Positions 42,234-54,019 of a stretch of DNA of 64,000 nucleotides are shown here, piece after piece. Each line of letters begins with the position of its first letter. Positions within the stretch are counted from its first letter, which is position 1. The stretch lies in assembly GCA_000165345.1 (NCBI GenBank), contig CM000433.1, positions 576,001 to 640,000 on the forward strand, given 5' to 3'. The notes beneath the pieces were generated by a model, which worked only from the letters and a program-made list of their open reading frames with translations, searched no databases and was not told the DNA's origin. A program made the position numbers and the translations under genes.

Positions 42234-42638
42234 TTAAAAGTATTGGTCAGCAACAAGCTTGTAATCTAAGTCTGATCTCTCAGAGGCTTGTAAGAGCTTA
42301 CCATGAACACCTTCAAGCTTCTTAACAAAGCCATCCTTTGATGAAGCAAAGACCATACGATCCTTTACCTTGGCGTTTTCTGGGGTAAACATTAAGAAAA
42401 TTAGTTTTGGGGTTTGGCCATTTGGATCTGGGAGATCAATGGTAGCATAGAAACACTCAGTTTCTGGGATTGATTTAAGGAAATCTTCATATGTCTCCTC
42501 TGGCCCTGAAGTCTTGAATAATATTATATTCTCGTAGGTACTATCCATCTTATAAAGAAGATATCTGTGTTGCTTGCGGATCTTCTGTTTCTGAAAAGCA
42601 TCGATACAATCTTGGTGAATCTTTACTCCTGATGACAT
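42234..42638 (-). CDS. ADF: actin-depolymerising factor / cofilin (ADF-H domain), 134 aa
   Basis: MSSGVKIHQDCIDAFQKQK...LLYKMD...IILFKTSGPEETYEDFLKSIPETECFYATIDL...KLIFLMFTPENAKVKDRMVFASSKDGFVKKLEGVHGKLLQASERSDLDYKLVADQ shows full-length ADF-H collinearity. The E2F-like ttttggcgcccatcc lies at 42966, upstream. Confidence 0.9.
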   Translation of the reverse strand: MSSGVKIHQDCIDAFQKQKIRKQHRYLLYKMDSTYENIILFKTSGPEETYEDFLKSIPETECFYATIDLPDPNGQTPKLIFLMFTPENAKVKDRMVFASSKDGFVKKLEGVHGKLLQASERSDLDYKLVADQYF

Positions 42639-43768
42639 TTTTTATGATTAATCTCACTACTATAATAAATTAAAATTCTTGTAAAAAAAAAAAAATAAAA
42701 TAATAGACTTGTATTTTATTTTTTCACCTTGCCTAACTAGTAGAGTTGTATGTATTTTTTATTTGAATGAATTTTTTTCTTCTCAATTTGTACACCTTAT
42801 CTTGTGTATATATAAATATATTTATTTATTTAATATACACTATTTATTATATTAATTAAATACAAATTATATTATTTTATTATTATGGGGGTTATTGTCC
42901 ATTTTAAATCTAAGTACATGTAGATATTCTTTAGACGCATAGATTCAAATACTTGCTGTCTATTTTTTGGCGCCCATCCCCTCAATATTATTTATTATAA
43001 AGTAAATACTAAAAACTGATAAAAAAAAAATTTTAAAAAATTTAATGCGATAGTAGAATTGTTATGATAAATGAATAATTAACTGAAGATTAGAGATTTA
43101 TTAGAGACTCATATAGAATTATTCAATGATTTTTCCTTTTTATATTTGTTATTCTACTTTTATATTCAATGTATGGTTACATTTTTTTTTGAGAATCTTT
43201 TGTGTGCGAATTATTTCTTCAATTAATTATTCATTATTCATCTAAACTTCTTGATAAAATTTTTGTTTAACATTTTACACTAATTAGAAAAGTATTTGAA
43301 AATGGTTGGCGCGCAAATAAGCAATATTAAATATAAATATATAAATTGGGAATAAACAAAGCGATAAAGAGAAATAAATATATAATTTTCTCTTTGGAAT
43401 TCAAAGGTCTATCGTAGGTTCTCTTTTTGGGGGTATTTTGAGGTATGGTCAGAAGGATTTGACGAATAAAGGCTATTTTCTTTGCAATTTTCATTGTTTG
43501 TTCTATTAATTCTGTTCGAGTAAAAAATCAGAATATTTTTATTAAATGCAAAAAATTTGAATAAATTAAAAGAAAGCTTAATTTTATTGGATAATAAGTT
43601 GAATTGACTAGAAAATAACTCAAATTCTTCAAGAAAAGGTTATTTGCAATATCAGAGATTGGAAATGTAAAATGTAATTCTAGCTCAATAAAATACATTG
43701 ACTTTATAATTATATATATAAAGTGAATATTATATCAGGAAGATTATCTAATTTTATGGGCTTTCTAA

Positions 43769-45139
43769 ATGAGAGGGAGAAGAAACTATAATGGTAATTT
43801 ACCATTAAAAATTATGAGCAGCAGCCAAATCTTGTCACAGTATATATCTTTAAATCATGGACCGTATCATACTGAAGGAAGAACAAGCCTATTTGACAAG
43901 AGAAAGGAGAATTTTTCTAGAATTTTGAATTTTCAAATCCCTGTAAGAGAAAGATTTTCGCCTAATAAGATGCATTTAAACAAGTATCTGCCAGTAGAAA
44001 AGCCCAGGAAGGATATTTTAAGTTCAAGCTTAAGTGATGATTTAACCCCAATTAGCAAAACAAGTACTATAATAAATAAATACCAGGAGATTAAAAGTAA
44101 ACACAGGGTAATTTATTATGAAAAAAGTGGATCTGACTCTGACGATGGACTTTTAAAACGATCATTAGAGTTTATCAAAAGAATATCAAAAAGTAACAAT
44201 CATTTAGAAGTTCTTGGTAGTCATTTAAATAGTCTTGCATTATGTGAGAGAAATCTTGAAGATAAGAGGAAAGAATTTAAGAAGCTTGTTTATGGTTTGG
44301 ATGATAGCCAATTTGAAGAACAAGAATCGAAAGAAAAAGATGAATTATTTGTTTCTCTTGGAGTAATAAAATATAAATATCCAATAGAATGTTCTGATGA
44401 AGAGTTAAACAAGGCTAGGAGTTACTTAAATAGCTTAAGTAATAGAGGACAGATTGTAGCTATTAATTATAAAAGTAATATTGAATTAACAATTGATTTG
44501 ATTCAATGTTTAAGATCACAACAATGGTTAAATGACGAATTAATTAACTTTTACTTCTCAATGCTTCAAGAAAGAAATGATCGTCAAACTTCCAATGGAT
44601 TTAAGCCTAAAGTATGGCTTTGGAACTCTTTCTTTTACACAAAATTAACATGTGATCAAAGTAATGATGAAACAGGATATTGTTATAAAAATGTTTCAAG
44701 ATGGACACAGAGAAAAAAAATTGACTTATTTAATTATGATATTGTACTTTTACCTATTAATGTCAATAATGTACATTGGACTTTGGGCGTTGTTAATTTT
44801 AAGCTTGGATATATTCAGTACATAGATTCATTAGGCGGGCAATTTCAAGACCATTTGGGCTGCACAAAGATGTCAGCCATATTCTTTCAAAACATGAATA
44901 GATATATACAGGATGAATATTTTGATAAAAAAAAGGAGAAATTTCCAGGCCAGCTGAAGCATTTTACGAGGTTTTCAGAACCAGTTCCACAACAGAATAA
45001 TGGCTCAGATTGTGGGGTATTCACATGTATGTTTGCTGAGTGTATTTCTGAAGGAAGGTCTTTTGATTTTGACACAACTCAAATTGACAGGATTCGTGAG
45101 GTTATGTTAGTGGAATGTATTAGAAATGAAATATTTTGA
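43769..45139 (+). CDS. ULP1: Ulp1/SENP-family SUMO-specific cysteine protease (peptidase C48), 456 aa
   Basis: The C-terminal domain has the C48 catalytic residues in order: WLNDELINFYFSML, HWTLGVVNF (His), YIDSLGG (Asp), QQNNGSDCGVFTC (Gln/Cys). The E2F-like ggttggcgcgcaaata lies at 43304, upstream. Confidence 0.85.
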   Translation: MRGRRNYNGNLPLKIMSSSQILSQYISLNHGPYHTEGRTSLFDKRKENFSRILNFQIPVRERFSPNKMHLNKYLPVEKPRKDILSSSLSDDLTPISKTSTIINKYQEIKSKHRVIYYEKSGSDSDDGLLKRSLEFIKRISKSNNHLEVLGSHLNSLALCERNLEDKRKEFKKLVYGLDDSQFEEQESKEKDELFVSLGVIKYKYPIECSDEELNKARSYLNSLSNRGQIVAINYKSNIELTIDLIQCLRSQQWLNDELINFYFSMLQERNDRQTSNGFKPKVWLWNSFFYTKLTCDQSNDETGYCYKNVSRWTQRKKIDLFNYDIVLLPINVNNVHWTLGVVNFKLGYIQYIDSLGGQFQDHLGCTKMSAIFFQNMNRYIQDEYFDKKKEKFPGQLKHFTRFSEPVPQQNNGSDCGVFTCMFAECISEGRSFDFDTTQIDRIREVMLVECIRNEIF

Positions 45140-45397
45140 GAATTTTCAGGTATTTATACTCATCGGAATAAATATTCCAAATAGTTTCTTCTATTAATTA
45201 AATTATATTAACAATGTTTAAAGCAATTTTATTAAGTGCTTAATATTAACATACAGAAGAAGAAGAAAAAAGAAAAGGTTATATTTTAATCTAGTCAAAA
45301 TTTTTAGGTAGTTGTTATTAAAATTAACTTAATATTTGAATTTTACTAATTTTGTTTACTGCAAAATAATAGATTATACTATAGATAAAGGTAGTAA

Positions 45398-46030
45398 TCA
45401 TATACCATCAATTATCCATGAATTTACATGTACCCAAGCATTGCAGCCACCAGTATTAACTATTCCCAGAGTAAAGTACTTGAAGTTACAGGTTTCAGCG
45501 ATATCTGTCATTCCGGAATATTTGAAAATATTATCAGTTCTAATCAAAGTGGTTGCTGGAGCTGTTTGCATGTTTTCTGAAGTATATCCTGTCGTTTCAA
45601 AAGCAGATACAATAGTAGAAGGGTCTTTAACCAAACTTGTATTACTTGAACATAAATCATCACAAATCTTTATAAATTTTAAAGTGAGTGAATTCGCTGA
45701 ACATGTACAGTTATAAGAATCACAGTAAGTTTTTAGCGAAATATAGGAAGATTTACTTGAATTACGGATAATCTTGGCATAACTAGATAAGTCAAATTGG
45801 ATTAGTAAAGTATTATCCCAACCTGTACTGAAAGCAGACGTAATTGGAAGATACATAACGTTTCCTGAATATTCCCAGCAAAAGTTTGAGCTTGTATTGA
45901 TCATATTCTGTGTCACAAACATGCTTGTTGGAGTAATTGTGGCGCAACTTGTTCGCTCATTTCTTAATATTCCAGAAATACCAACTATTATTATTAATTT
46001 CCGAAGAAGCCATTCTATTCTCTTTCTCAT
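45398..46030 (-). CDS. hypothetical small Cys-rich secreted protein (210 aa)
   Basis: The ORF is on the minus strand. It has a signal-peptide-like N-terminus (LLRKLIIIVGISGIL) and at least 10 Cys. E2F-like boxes lie 150 and 520 bp upstream (46181 tttttggcgccaac; 46541 agtggcgccaaatg). The overlapping plus-strand ORF 45336-45716 is rejected. Confidence 0.5.
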   Translation of the reverse strand: MRKRIEWLLRKLIIIVGISGILRNERTSCATITPTSMFVTQNMINTSSNFCWEYSGNVMYLPITSAFSTGWDNTLLIQFDLSSYAKIIRNSSKSSYISLKTYCDSYNCTCSANSLTLKFIKICDDLCSSNTSLVKDPSTIVSAFETTGYTSENMQTAPATTLIRTDNIFKYSGMTDIAETCNFKYFTLGIVNTGGCNAWVHVNSWIIDGI

Positions 46031-47110
46031 AATTATATTAGTTTATATTGGTCTTATCAAATATTATTCAGAGCAAATCTCTTTAAAATAGATCTGAGTT
46101 AATGTTTTATTTCATTCTACTTTTTTTTAACAATACTTTCTTTAAATATTAATAATATATTACATACAATACACATGCACTTTTTGGCGCCAACAAAACT
46201 ATAGATCTTGGACGCCATTTAATTGTAAAAAACTTTAAAGGAGCATAGAGTAAGCTAAACAAATATTTTGGTCACAAGTTCGTTTATTCTTTTAATTTTT
46301 TCTATTTTTTCCCCTTCTTTAGTGAGTTTTTACATTGAAGGTAGTTTCAAATGCAATAAAAAACTATTTAAGAGCTAGTTCTTATAGCAATAAAAGTATA
46401 GATGAGAGAGAAAAAAATGATAGATTATATTTTATATATGTTTAATTCATAGAAACATTAAAATTGGTAATCAAGATGAATTTTTTTTTTTAAATATATT
46501 CTTCATTTCCCAGAATATTAATTTAAATTTTGCATGCATTTATTAGTGGCGCCAAATGTATTTGATTGTAGTTATAAGTAAGGCAGGTAGTTTTGTGGGG
46601 GGGGGAGCGCGCGACTTAGGGGAGGAGGGGAAAAAGAATTTATGAGCTATATATTTACAGGCGAGAAATAAATAAGGTGCCAAAGTAAAGCAGAAATAAG
46701 TAATAAGTTTCAATAAAAGTGTCTATGTAAGGAAGAGAATCTGGTTTCAAATATTAAAGAAAATTCCAAAACATTGAACTAAGAGCTTCTTTGGAATTAA
46801 TTAAGAATAAATAATTGCGTGTGCAATTTTGCATGCAATTATTTTGGCAAATTATTTATTAATTAGCATATTATGTGGATAATATGACAATAGTAATTAG
46901 CTAAAAAGTGTGGGAGCTGAATTAATTCAAGAAATCATACAATTCGAAGTTTCTGAAATAAATTTAATAATCTAGTGACTAAAATAAAGAGAGAATGGAA
47001 CTTTGAATTAAGGACTAACGAATTTTACACAATAACAGTATCAACTGCAAACATAACAACATTATCTACTACTCTAATAATATTAATATTATTAAGTAAA
47101 TAAAACAAAA

Positions 47111-50100
47111 ATGTTTAGATATTGTAGTAAAATCACCGAAAGAGTGTTATACTCTACTATAAAGAATGTTATGAATAAGATATTCACAAATTTTGAACAA
47201 GAGCAACTTTCCATCTCACTTTTAGGTGGAAGCTTGGAAATAAGGGATTTAAATATTAGAAAAGAACTTTTTGATGATTTATCTTTCCCAATCAGTTTAA
47301 GTGATGGAATTGTTGGAAAAGTTAATATTGATGTTATCTGGAGAAAAATATTTACCCAAGAGTTTGTGAAAATCACCTTGGATGATGTATATGTTATTTT
47401 TAATACTACTGATATGAAAAATTGGAATGTTGAAATGTTTGAAAAAAACTGGAAAAGGGTTAAAGCTAATCTATTAAAACAAGATGAATTTATTACTTTC
47501 TTAAAAAGTGCTATGGCTTCCAATTTTCTCAAACAAATTGGACACTTTTTTATATCAAAGATTCAGTTTGAAATTAAAAACATCAATTTTAGAATTGAAA
47601 ATTTGTTATTCCACTATATGAAGAGATTTGTTATTGGACTAAGTATTGATAAAATTTCCAGTCGAAATTGTAATGAATATTGGATTCCAGTAGATAAATC
47701 TGGAGGAGCCATTTTAGGCCGTAATACAGACAAAATTAATGGATCATCAACTTCAAATATAGCTTTTGATAATAATGATATAAGAAATTCAAAAGCATCA
47801 GGTAACTCTAATAACCATATATCATCACAGTCTATACCCAGAGAATTCTATCTAGATGAACAAGATGAAACTAGTATTGGATCTATTGTAGACAAATATA
47901 TGAAATTTATGGAGCCTAAATTAAAAATTAATAAAGGTTTTACTGGAGATTCTGAAGAAAATCTAGACAATATTGATGATATGAAAGAACAGGAGGATAT
48001 TTTAAAAAGTATTCTAGCAAAATCTAAATCCAAGATTAATGGAAATAAATCTATAGAAACTCATAATTTTTGGTCAAAGCTTAAAAAAAAGACTCCTCTT
48101 AGTTGGGTATGGAATAACCAAATTTACGATCAAAAATCTGAATCTTCAAAAAATCCTAATATTGAAGAGAAACAAATTGAGATAGACAATACAGAACTCA
48201 ATAGTGGGATATGGCATAACAATGATCTAATTTTTCCCTACCCTAATGGAATGGGAGTCAATAGAGAAGTCATTGATAACTTTATCACATCCAAGGAAAA
48301 CAGAGAAATAGAAAAATACAATAAGGAAAAGTTTGTCCAACCTGATATTCTGGAAAAAAATGAAATCTTCCTCAAATCTTTCTTAATAGAGAACTTTTCT
48401 GTATATATTGATGAGATCTCACTTTATAACAAAACTATTAACTCTCCTTGGACCAATTTAAATAAATCAGAATCACAAATCTCTGATAGATTAAAATTCT
48501 TAAAAATTACTTCTGAAAAAGAATACGATACCCATGATTTTATTATTTATCCACATAAAATTGAATTAAGAGTAAGATTGGTACCTTGCATTATAAGATA
48601 TGATGAGAATATATATGCATCAGCTTTGAATGATAGGTTTTATATTCTATCTCAGGATGAAGATAACCAGATTATTCCATTAATATCATCTTATTTTATT
48701 TTTGATAATTTAAGTATTGATATCACAGAAAAACAATTAAAGTTATTGTTAGATTTTTTGGACTATACAGTATTTTTATATGGAGATTTTTCAGCAGGTT
48801 CATGTCCAAAGGATTTTCAGAACTTTCCAGATGAACAATCATGTATTAGGTATAGAATTTCATGGTTTGAGTTTCTTATAGGAAAAAGAGACAGAAGTTA
48901 CTCAGAAATTTGCAATATTGAAGACAGTTATAATGCTTATTCTTTAATAAAGCTCAGAAATGATGTTTATAAGTGTCTTAATTATTCAATATATCATTCA
49001 GTAAAGTCAATACTTAGCTTTGAACTAGATAAAAGTGATCAAGGAAATGTTTTAACTTTTCCTCTATTTGTAATCAAAGATCATGAAGAATGTAATTCAA
49101 GAGATAATCCTTTTGGAGGATTTCCAAACAAAAATAAGCCAGTATTGGTTAATGAATCTGATAAAATCAGTAATAATCTGGCTCAGTATATTATTTCTAA
49201 ATTAGTTATAGGACAGAATGATTATTACTCTGTAAGTTTGAATATGAATGATGATTCAACTGTTGGAGGAGGAAAAAAGGCAAATATTAATAATGAGATA
49301 AAGGAAACAGAAATCTATTTAAGTAAGGAGGAAATTCAATTAATTAAAGAGAATGATTTACTTGAAAGGATCAAAACAAAAACAAGCAGTTTGTTATCAC
49401 AGAATGAGTTACCTTTTGAGGTGGTAACTTTTGATCTGAATTCATACTTGAAAACTGAAAAGGATAATAATAACAAGAAATCTCATCATACTTCACCATT
49501 TATGCTAATACTGAATGCTCAAAACTTAACAATTAACTATTCGATCAATCTGAATGATCATAATCCATATTCTAAAAATAAGAAGAGCTTAAGATTTAAT
49601 TGTCTAGACTTGTATATACAATATAAGCTATTTACTGAATCAAAAAAGTTAGAGACGACAATAGCAGCAGAAAATTGTTATATGGTTGTTCACGATAACA
49701 AGGAAATAGGGAAAAATTTAATAAACAATTCAAATTGTTTACTTAGGATTGGACCAAATATCCAAAACTCAAAAGATTCTGACAAAGAAACTTTTAAACA
49801 ATTAACAAATCATCCAATATTACATAGATCAAGTATATATACCGGTACTACAATATGCAATAAAAGGCCTTATATGATGTTTACTGGAAATCAACGAAAT
49901 ATGAAGATTTACGAACCTTGTGATAAAATTGGAGGATTCTGGATAACTATTAGACTAAATAAAAATCCTTTCAGAACTACCCCAAAAGTGAATGTTTATG
50001 GAAAAACTTATGGTGAAATTTCCATTGTTGGATCATATGATGTATTTGAAAGGTTCTTAGATCCAATAGTTAATCATTTAAGCCCAAAACAAAGAAATAA

Positions 50101-53100
50101 TTACTTGAATAAAGCAAATAAGAATTTTGTTAAAGTAATTAAGAAAGGACAGAAATATATGACGGAGTTCTTCAATAATGGAGGAGCCTTTTCTAGTTTT
50201 TCTTATATGCCATGTCCCAACTATATATATTTAAATATAGATGCCAAAGCAAAACAGCTTTTGTTCTTTCCTATTCTAAAGAAGGATTCTAATAGCGAAT
50301 TATTGGAAAAATCTGATCGGAATGAAGCTTTTACAACTTTAAAAGAAAGACCAAATTCAATATTAAAATCAGCTGTTGATATGTTTTCAAGCATGATGGA
50401 ATATAAAATCAACAAAATTTCGAATTACTCTAGCATGTACTGTATTGATTGTGGTGAGATGCTTATTGAAACTTTCCAAAAGAATCCAAACAAGAAATTA
50501 GACAATTCTGGAGATAAATTCTTTACTGATAATATCAAGATAAGCTTTTCTAATATATCTCTATCGTTTATGAGACAGGTTAGATTAGTTGATCTTTATA
50601 TTTATAGAGATCTTGAAATGAAGGACAGAGGTACCGGCAATAATTTTCAAGATCCATGGGAAAAATTACAGGATTATGCTGTGAGATGTATACTAAAACC
50701 TCAAAGTTGGACATTTTCAGTTTACAAGTATAGAAGTAACTCAATAATTAATAAGAATAGTAGTATTAGACAATTTCTGGTAAATTTGGAGTTTTCTTTA
50801 AATTTAGCTCAAGATACGAGCGTGGAAATCAATACCACAGATATGGATCTTCACAATATTGCAGAAATTGTTAACTATTTTGTTAGCTTTTATTCTCAAT
50901 ACAATTTTATTAACTATTCTCAAGTTCTTATTAGTAATGTCGAAGAAGCGAATTCTATAAAAGGAAGAGAAAATTTTGATGAAAATACAAGATCTAGTGA
51001 TCAAAGCTGCTCAATTTCAAGCTTAGATTCTATGGAATCAATTATTGCAAACTCTAAATCAAAGACTAATAATGTTGAATTTCTAAAGAATATTGAGTTT
51101 ATATTTACAATACCAGAAACACATATTATTATTAAATCTGATAATGCTTATAGAGAAAGACAGGGAATGGCAATTAAAGATTTACCTGTGGTCAAGCTAA
51201 ATATCTCCTCAATCAAGGTATTTGTTTTGAATGGAGATCAAGATAGATCAGGAGTTTATGTATCTATTGCGGATGTATGTTTATCAGGAGGGATCTTGAA
51301 CAGAAATAGTAGGCTTTTAGTGCCTTTGTTTTGTCCAATTTCTGATACATTTTGCAATTTGAGTATTAAATTTTCTGATTTAAGCAATATTGACCGGTAT
51401 AAGGATTTTACAGGTATTTTATTGAATAACTCTAATATGAATATTCAAATTAATAACCCCAGATTCATTGTGTATTGGGATCTTTATGGAATTATTCTAA
51501 ATTGGATTATCACATTTTACTTTAAATCTATTGCAGTTCACCTTGAACGAAAAATAGATATCGACAAGATCAAACCAATTCTAGGTAAATGTAGTAATGA
51601 AGATATTCATAATCAAGATCAAAGGTATAATGAACAAGAATCTTTATTGGATAATGAAAATGAAGGAGCAATAGCGACTGAAAATCAATGTATTAGAAGC
51701 CAAATCATTCAGTTTCTTTCTATAATTAACCTCAAAATTCACTTTAAAGATGCTATTGCTATTCTCCCTTGCACACTTTCTGATCCAATTCAAGTAGTGA
51801 TCACAGAAATTGAGCCTTCATCATCTTCCAATTCAGCAGCTTCTTCATCAGCAGCATCTTCTGCTTCTGGACAAACTCAAACAAATTCTGGAACAGGATT
51901 TTCAGGAACTGGAACTTCCACTATTCCAACATTTTCAGCTTTTAAAGTTGATATTTTAAAATCTCTTTTAGCTGTAGTAAGATGTGATCTTACATACAGA
52001 TTTACTGGAGAATCTATATTTGAAATTGAGAACAAAAAAAATTCTCATAGTAAGCTAAAAAGCAATACAATAAAGAGTACTTTTGAACTATTTAAGGGAA
52101 GTATTCAATTTGGAAGGTCTCTGACTCCTAGGCATATTATGGAGTCTTTATGGAAGATCTCAAGAAGTCATAATATAGGAGGAAGGCATGGATTAATGAC
52201 TAGTGGAATTGGTATTTCAAGGATTGGTAGCGTTGGAGTAACCAATAATACCAATATTACACAAAATAAGATTGAAAATGTATCATCAATTGGAGGAAAG
52301 AATACAAATTTATTAACAACTCCCTCAAATGTAAATATTTCAAATACAAATTATGGCTCTGGAGGTATTGGAATAGGAGGAGGAGGAGGAGGAGTAGGAG
52401 TAGGAGTAGTAACAGGAGCTGGCCACTTCCAAAAGTCTACAGGTGAATCGAATATCACAAATTTGGTAAAGTCTTTTTATTTACCTAGAACTGATCAGGC
52501 TTTGAAAAGTTTGGTGGAAATTGAGAACTTGATAAATTCATATCAATGGCAATTCAATTTTGATATAGGATCTGGAGATGAAAAGAAAATTGTATCATCT
52601 TTAAGATTTAAGCTTGACTATATAATGAATCAATTGGAGATTAAGTCTGAAATGAGTAATGTAATCATGCTTTATGGATTTCTGGAGACAATAGAAATTA
52701 AGATGAACACAAATGAGCTTTTACATTTGATTAATGTAGTTGATATGTATTACAATTTAATTCAAAGTAATTTATTTGTGGACCTTTCCAATCAAAATAA
52801 CCAATTTGGAGGTGGTGGAGGAAGAGGATTTGATAACCAAGATACAATGTTAGATATTCAAAGTGATAATGGTTCCTCAAGATACAATATTGGATATAGT
52901 TACCAAGCAAATAGTAATTCTATGGGAAATAATGTCTCAATGATGAATTACTTGGTTTACTTATTTCCTTCAATTTTCCATACAACAATTACAAACTATA
53001 ACAAATTCATCTCACAGTTCAAATTAGAGGGATTGAAGATTCATTATATCCCAACAAATCTGACTTCCAATAAAGATGGAGTGCTTATAGATGTAACAGA

Positions 53101-54019
53101 GACTCAACTTGGTATTTATGTTAATGATGATGCTCCAGATAATGATTTCTTATTTAAAATCTTTCCTTTTTTATCAATATTTAATGAAGGATCTAAAAGA
53201 ATAATGGATGAATTTGAGATCAAAGACAAACTTATAATGATCCCAAGATTCTCAATAAGTAGTATCCCAATTTTACCAATTCTAACAAAATCCAAAGATA
53301 TTTTTTTTGGATTAATATTAGAATTCAAAAAAATATCAGTTTCAATATTTAATAATCAACTGATGTTTTATGACAATATTTTAGAACCTTTTGATGTAAG
53401 CTTATTATCAATATGCATGGGTAGTGATTCTAAAGCAAAAAAGTTATCAATAGAAAAATTGAATCCAAAAGTGAATATGGAGATTACTTGGATTAATTTG
53501 ACAATGACTCCAGAATATGTGAAATATTGGCTAAATTGCTTGGATAACTTTAATGAAGTTTATACAAATTATTATTTGAGACTTAATAATATAAATAAAC
53601 TTCTTTCTAGAAGAGTATTTCCTTATAACAATACTCTTGGAATTCTTTTACATGATCTTGAAAGTAAGATCATTGAAGAAGGTAAAGAAATAGAGGAAAA
53701 ATTTAAAGGTCTTTATTCAAGACCATTATCTGGAGAATGGGATGACCATGTATATAATTTTAATAATTCAAATAACAGTAAGCAAATAACAAGTGGTTTA
53801 GGAGAAAATTTGAGTAGCTCAAATTTTGTATTATATAATGATACAGGACAAATATTGGCCGTATTAATTCCATTATTTCTAGATGATAGTAAGAAAATGA
53901 AAGGTGGAGAGATAATTGAAACAAGAAACTTAGTTGATAATAATACAAATCAATTAAATTGCCAAGAATTACAAAACNAAGAANGANTAATTNNNANTCN
54001 ANATAGATNTGATAATTAA
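47111..54019 (+). CDS. VPS13: VPS13-like bridge-like lipid-transfer protein, N-terminal part with the chorein-N domain (2302 aa; truncated by a sequence-ambiguity region)
   Basis: The N-terminus, VMNKIFTNFEQEQLSISLLGGSLEIRDLNIRKELFDDLSFPISLSDGIVGKVNIDVIWRKIFTQEFVKITLDDVYVIF, matches chorein-N. Compare yeast Vps13, [38 protein letters not shown]...PVRVTIEDVYLLA. The ORF terminates inside the N-containing stretch 53978-54009, so the stop is not trustworthy. Confidence 0.85.
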   Translation: MFRYCSKITERVLYSTIKNVMNKIFTNFEQEQLSISLLGGSLEIRDLNIRKELFDDLSFPISLSDGIVGKVNIDVIWRKIFTQEFVKITLDDVYVIFNTTDMKNWNVEMFEKNWKRVKANLLKQDEFITFLKSAMASNFLKQIGHFFISKIQFEIKNINFRIENLLFHYMKRFVIGLSIDKISSRNCNEYWIPVDKSGGAILGRNTDKINGSSTSNIAFDNNDIRNSKASGNSNNHISSQSIPREFYLDEQDETSIGSIVDKYMKFMEPKLKINKGFTGDSEENLDNIDDMKEQEDILKSILAKSKSKINGNKSIETHNFWSKLKKKTPLSWVWNNQIYDQKSESSKNPNIEEKQIEIDNTELNSGIWHNNDLIFPYPNGMGVNREVIDNFITSKENREIEKYNKEKFVQPDILEKNEIFLKSFLIENFSVYIDEISLYNKTINSPWTNLNKSESQISDRLKFLKITSEKEYDTHDFIIYPHKIELRVRLVPCIIRYDENIYASALNDRFYILSQDEDNQIIPLISSYFIFDNLSIDITEKQLKLLLDFLDYTVFLYGDFSAGSCPKDFQNFPDEQSCIRYRISWFEFLIGKRDRSYSEICNIEDSYNAYSLIKLRNDVYKCLNYSIYHSVKSILSFELDKSDQGNVLTFPLFVIKDHEECNSRDNPFGGFPNKNKPVLVNESDKISNNLAQYIISKLVIGQNDYYSVSLNMNDDSTVGGGKKANINNEIKETEIYLSKEEIQLIKENDLLERIKTKTSSLLSQNELPFEVVTFDLNSYLKTEKDNNNKKSHHTSPFMLILNAQNLTINYSINLNDHNPYSKNKKSLRFNCLDLYIQYKLFTESKKLETTIAAENCYMVVHDNKEIGKNLINNSNCLLRIGPNIQNSKDSDKETFKQLTNHPILHRSSIYTGTTICNKRPYMMFTGNQRNMKIYEPCDKIGGFWITIRLNKNPFRTTPKVNVYGKTYGEISIVGSYDVFERFLDPIVNHLSPKQRNNYLNKANKNFVKVIKKGQKYMTEFFNNGGAFSSFSYMPCPNYIYLNIDAKAKQLLFFPILKKDSNSELLEKSDRNEAFTTLKERPNSILKSAVDMFSSMMEYKINKISNYSSMYCIDCGEMLIETFQKNPNKKLDNSGDKFFTDNIKISFSNISLSFMRQVRLVDLYIYRDLEMKDRGTGNNFQDPWEKLQDYAVRCILKPQSWTFSVYKYRSNSIINKNSSIRQFLVNLEFSLNLAQDTSVEINTTDMDLHNIAEIVNYFVSFYSQYNFINYSQVLISNVEEANSIKGRENFDENTRSSDQSCSISSLDSMESIIANSKSKTNNVEFLKNIEFIFTIPETHIIIKSDNAYRERQGMAIKDLPVVKLNISSIKVFVLNGDQDRSGVYVSIADVCLSGGILNRNSRLLVPLFCPISDTFCNLSIKFSDLSNIDRYKDFTGILLNNSNMNIQINNPRFIVYWDLYGIILNWIITFYFKSIAVHLERKIDIDKIKPILGKCSNEDIHNQDQRYNEQESLLDNENEGAIATENQCIRSQIIQFLSIINLKIHFKDAIAILPCTLSDPIQVVITEIEPSSSSNSAASSSAASSASGQTQTNSGTGFSGTGTSTIPTFSAFKVDILKSLLAVVRCDLTYRFTGESIFEIENKKNSHSKLKSNTIKSTFELFKGSIQFGRSLTPRHIMESLWKISRSHNIGGRHGLMTSGIGISRIGSVGVTNNTNITQNKIENVSSIGGKNTNLLTTPSNVNISNTNYGSGGIGIGGGGGGVGVGVVTGAGHFQKSTGESNITNLVKSFYLPRTDQALKSLVEIENLINSYQWQFNFDIGSGDEKKIVSSLRFKLDYIMNQLEIKSEMSNVIMLYGFLETIEIKMNTNELLHLINVVDMYYNLIQSNLFVDLSNQNNQFGGGGGRGFDNQDTMLDIQSDNGSSRYNIGYSYQANSNSMGNNVSMMNYLVYLFPSIFHTTITNYNKFISQFKLEGLKIHYIPTNLTSNKDGVLIDVTETQLGIYVNDDAPDNDFLFKIFPFLSIFNEGSKRIMDEFEIKDKLIMIPRFSISSIPILPILTKSKDIFFGLILEFKKISVSIFNNQLMFYDNILEPFDVSLLSICMGSDSKAKKLSIEKLNPKVNMEITWINLTMTPEYVKYWLNCLDNFNEVYTNYYLRLNNINKLLSRRVFPYNNTLGILLHDLESKIIEEGKEIEEKFKGLYSRPLSGEWDDHVYNFNNSNNSKQITSGLGENLSSSNFVLYNDTGQILAVLIPLFLDDSKKMKGGEIIETRNLVDNNTNQLNCQELQNXEXXIXXXXRXDN

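Noticed and set aside
45336-45716. 126-aa plus-strand ORF
   Set aside because: It overlaps the better-supported minus-strand Cys-rich secreted ORF (45398-46030), which has E2F-like boxes on its own 5' side.
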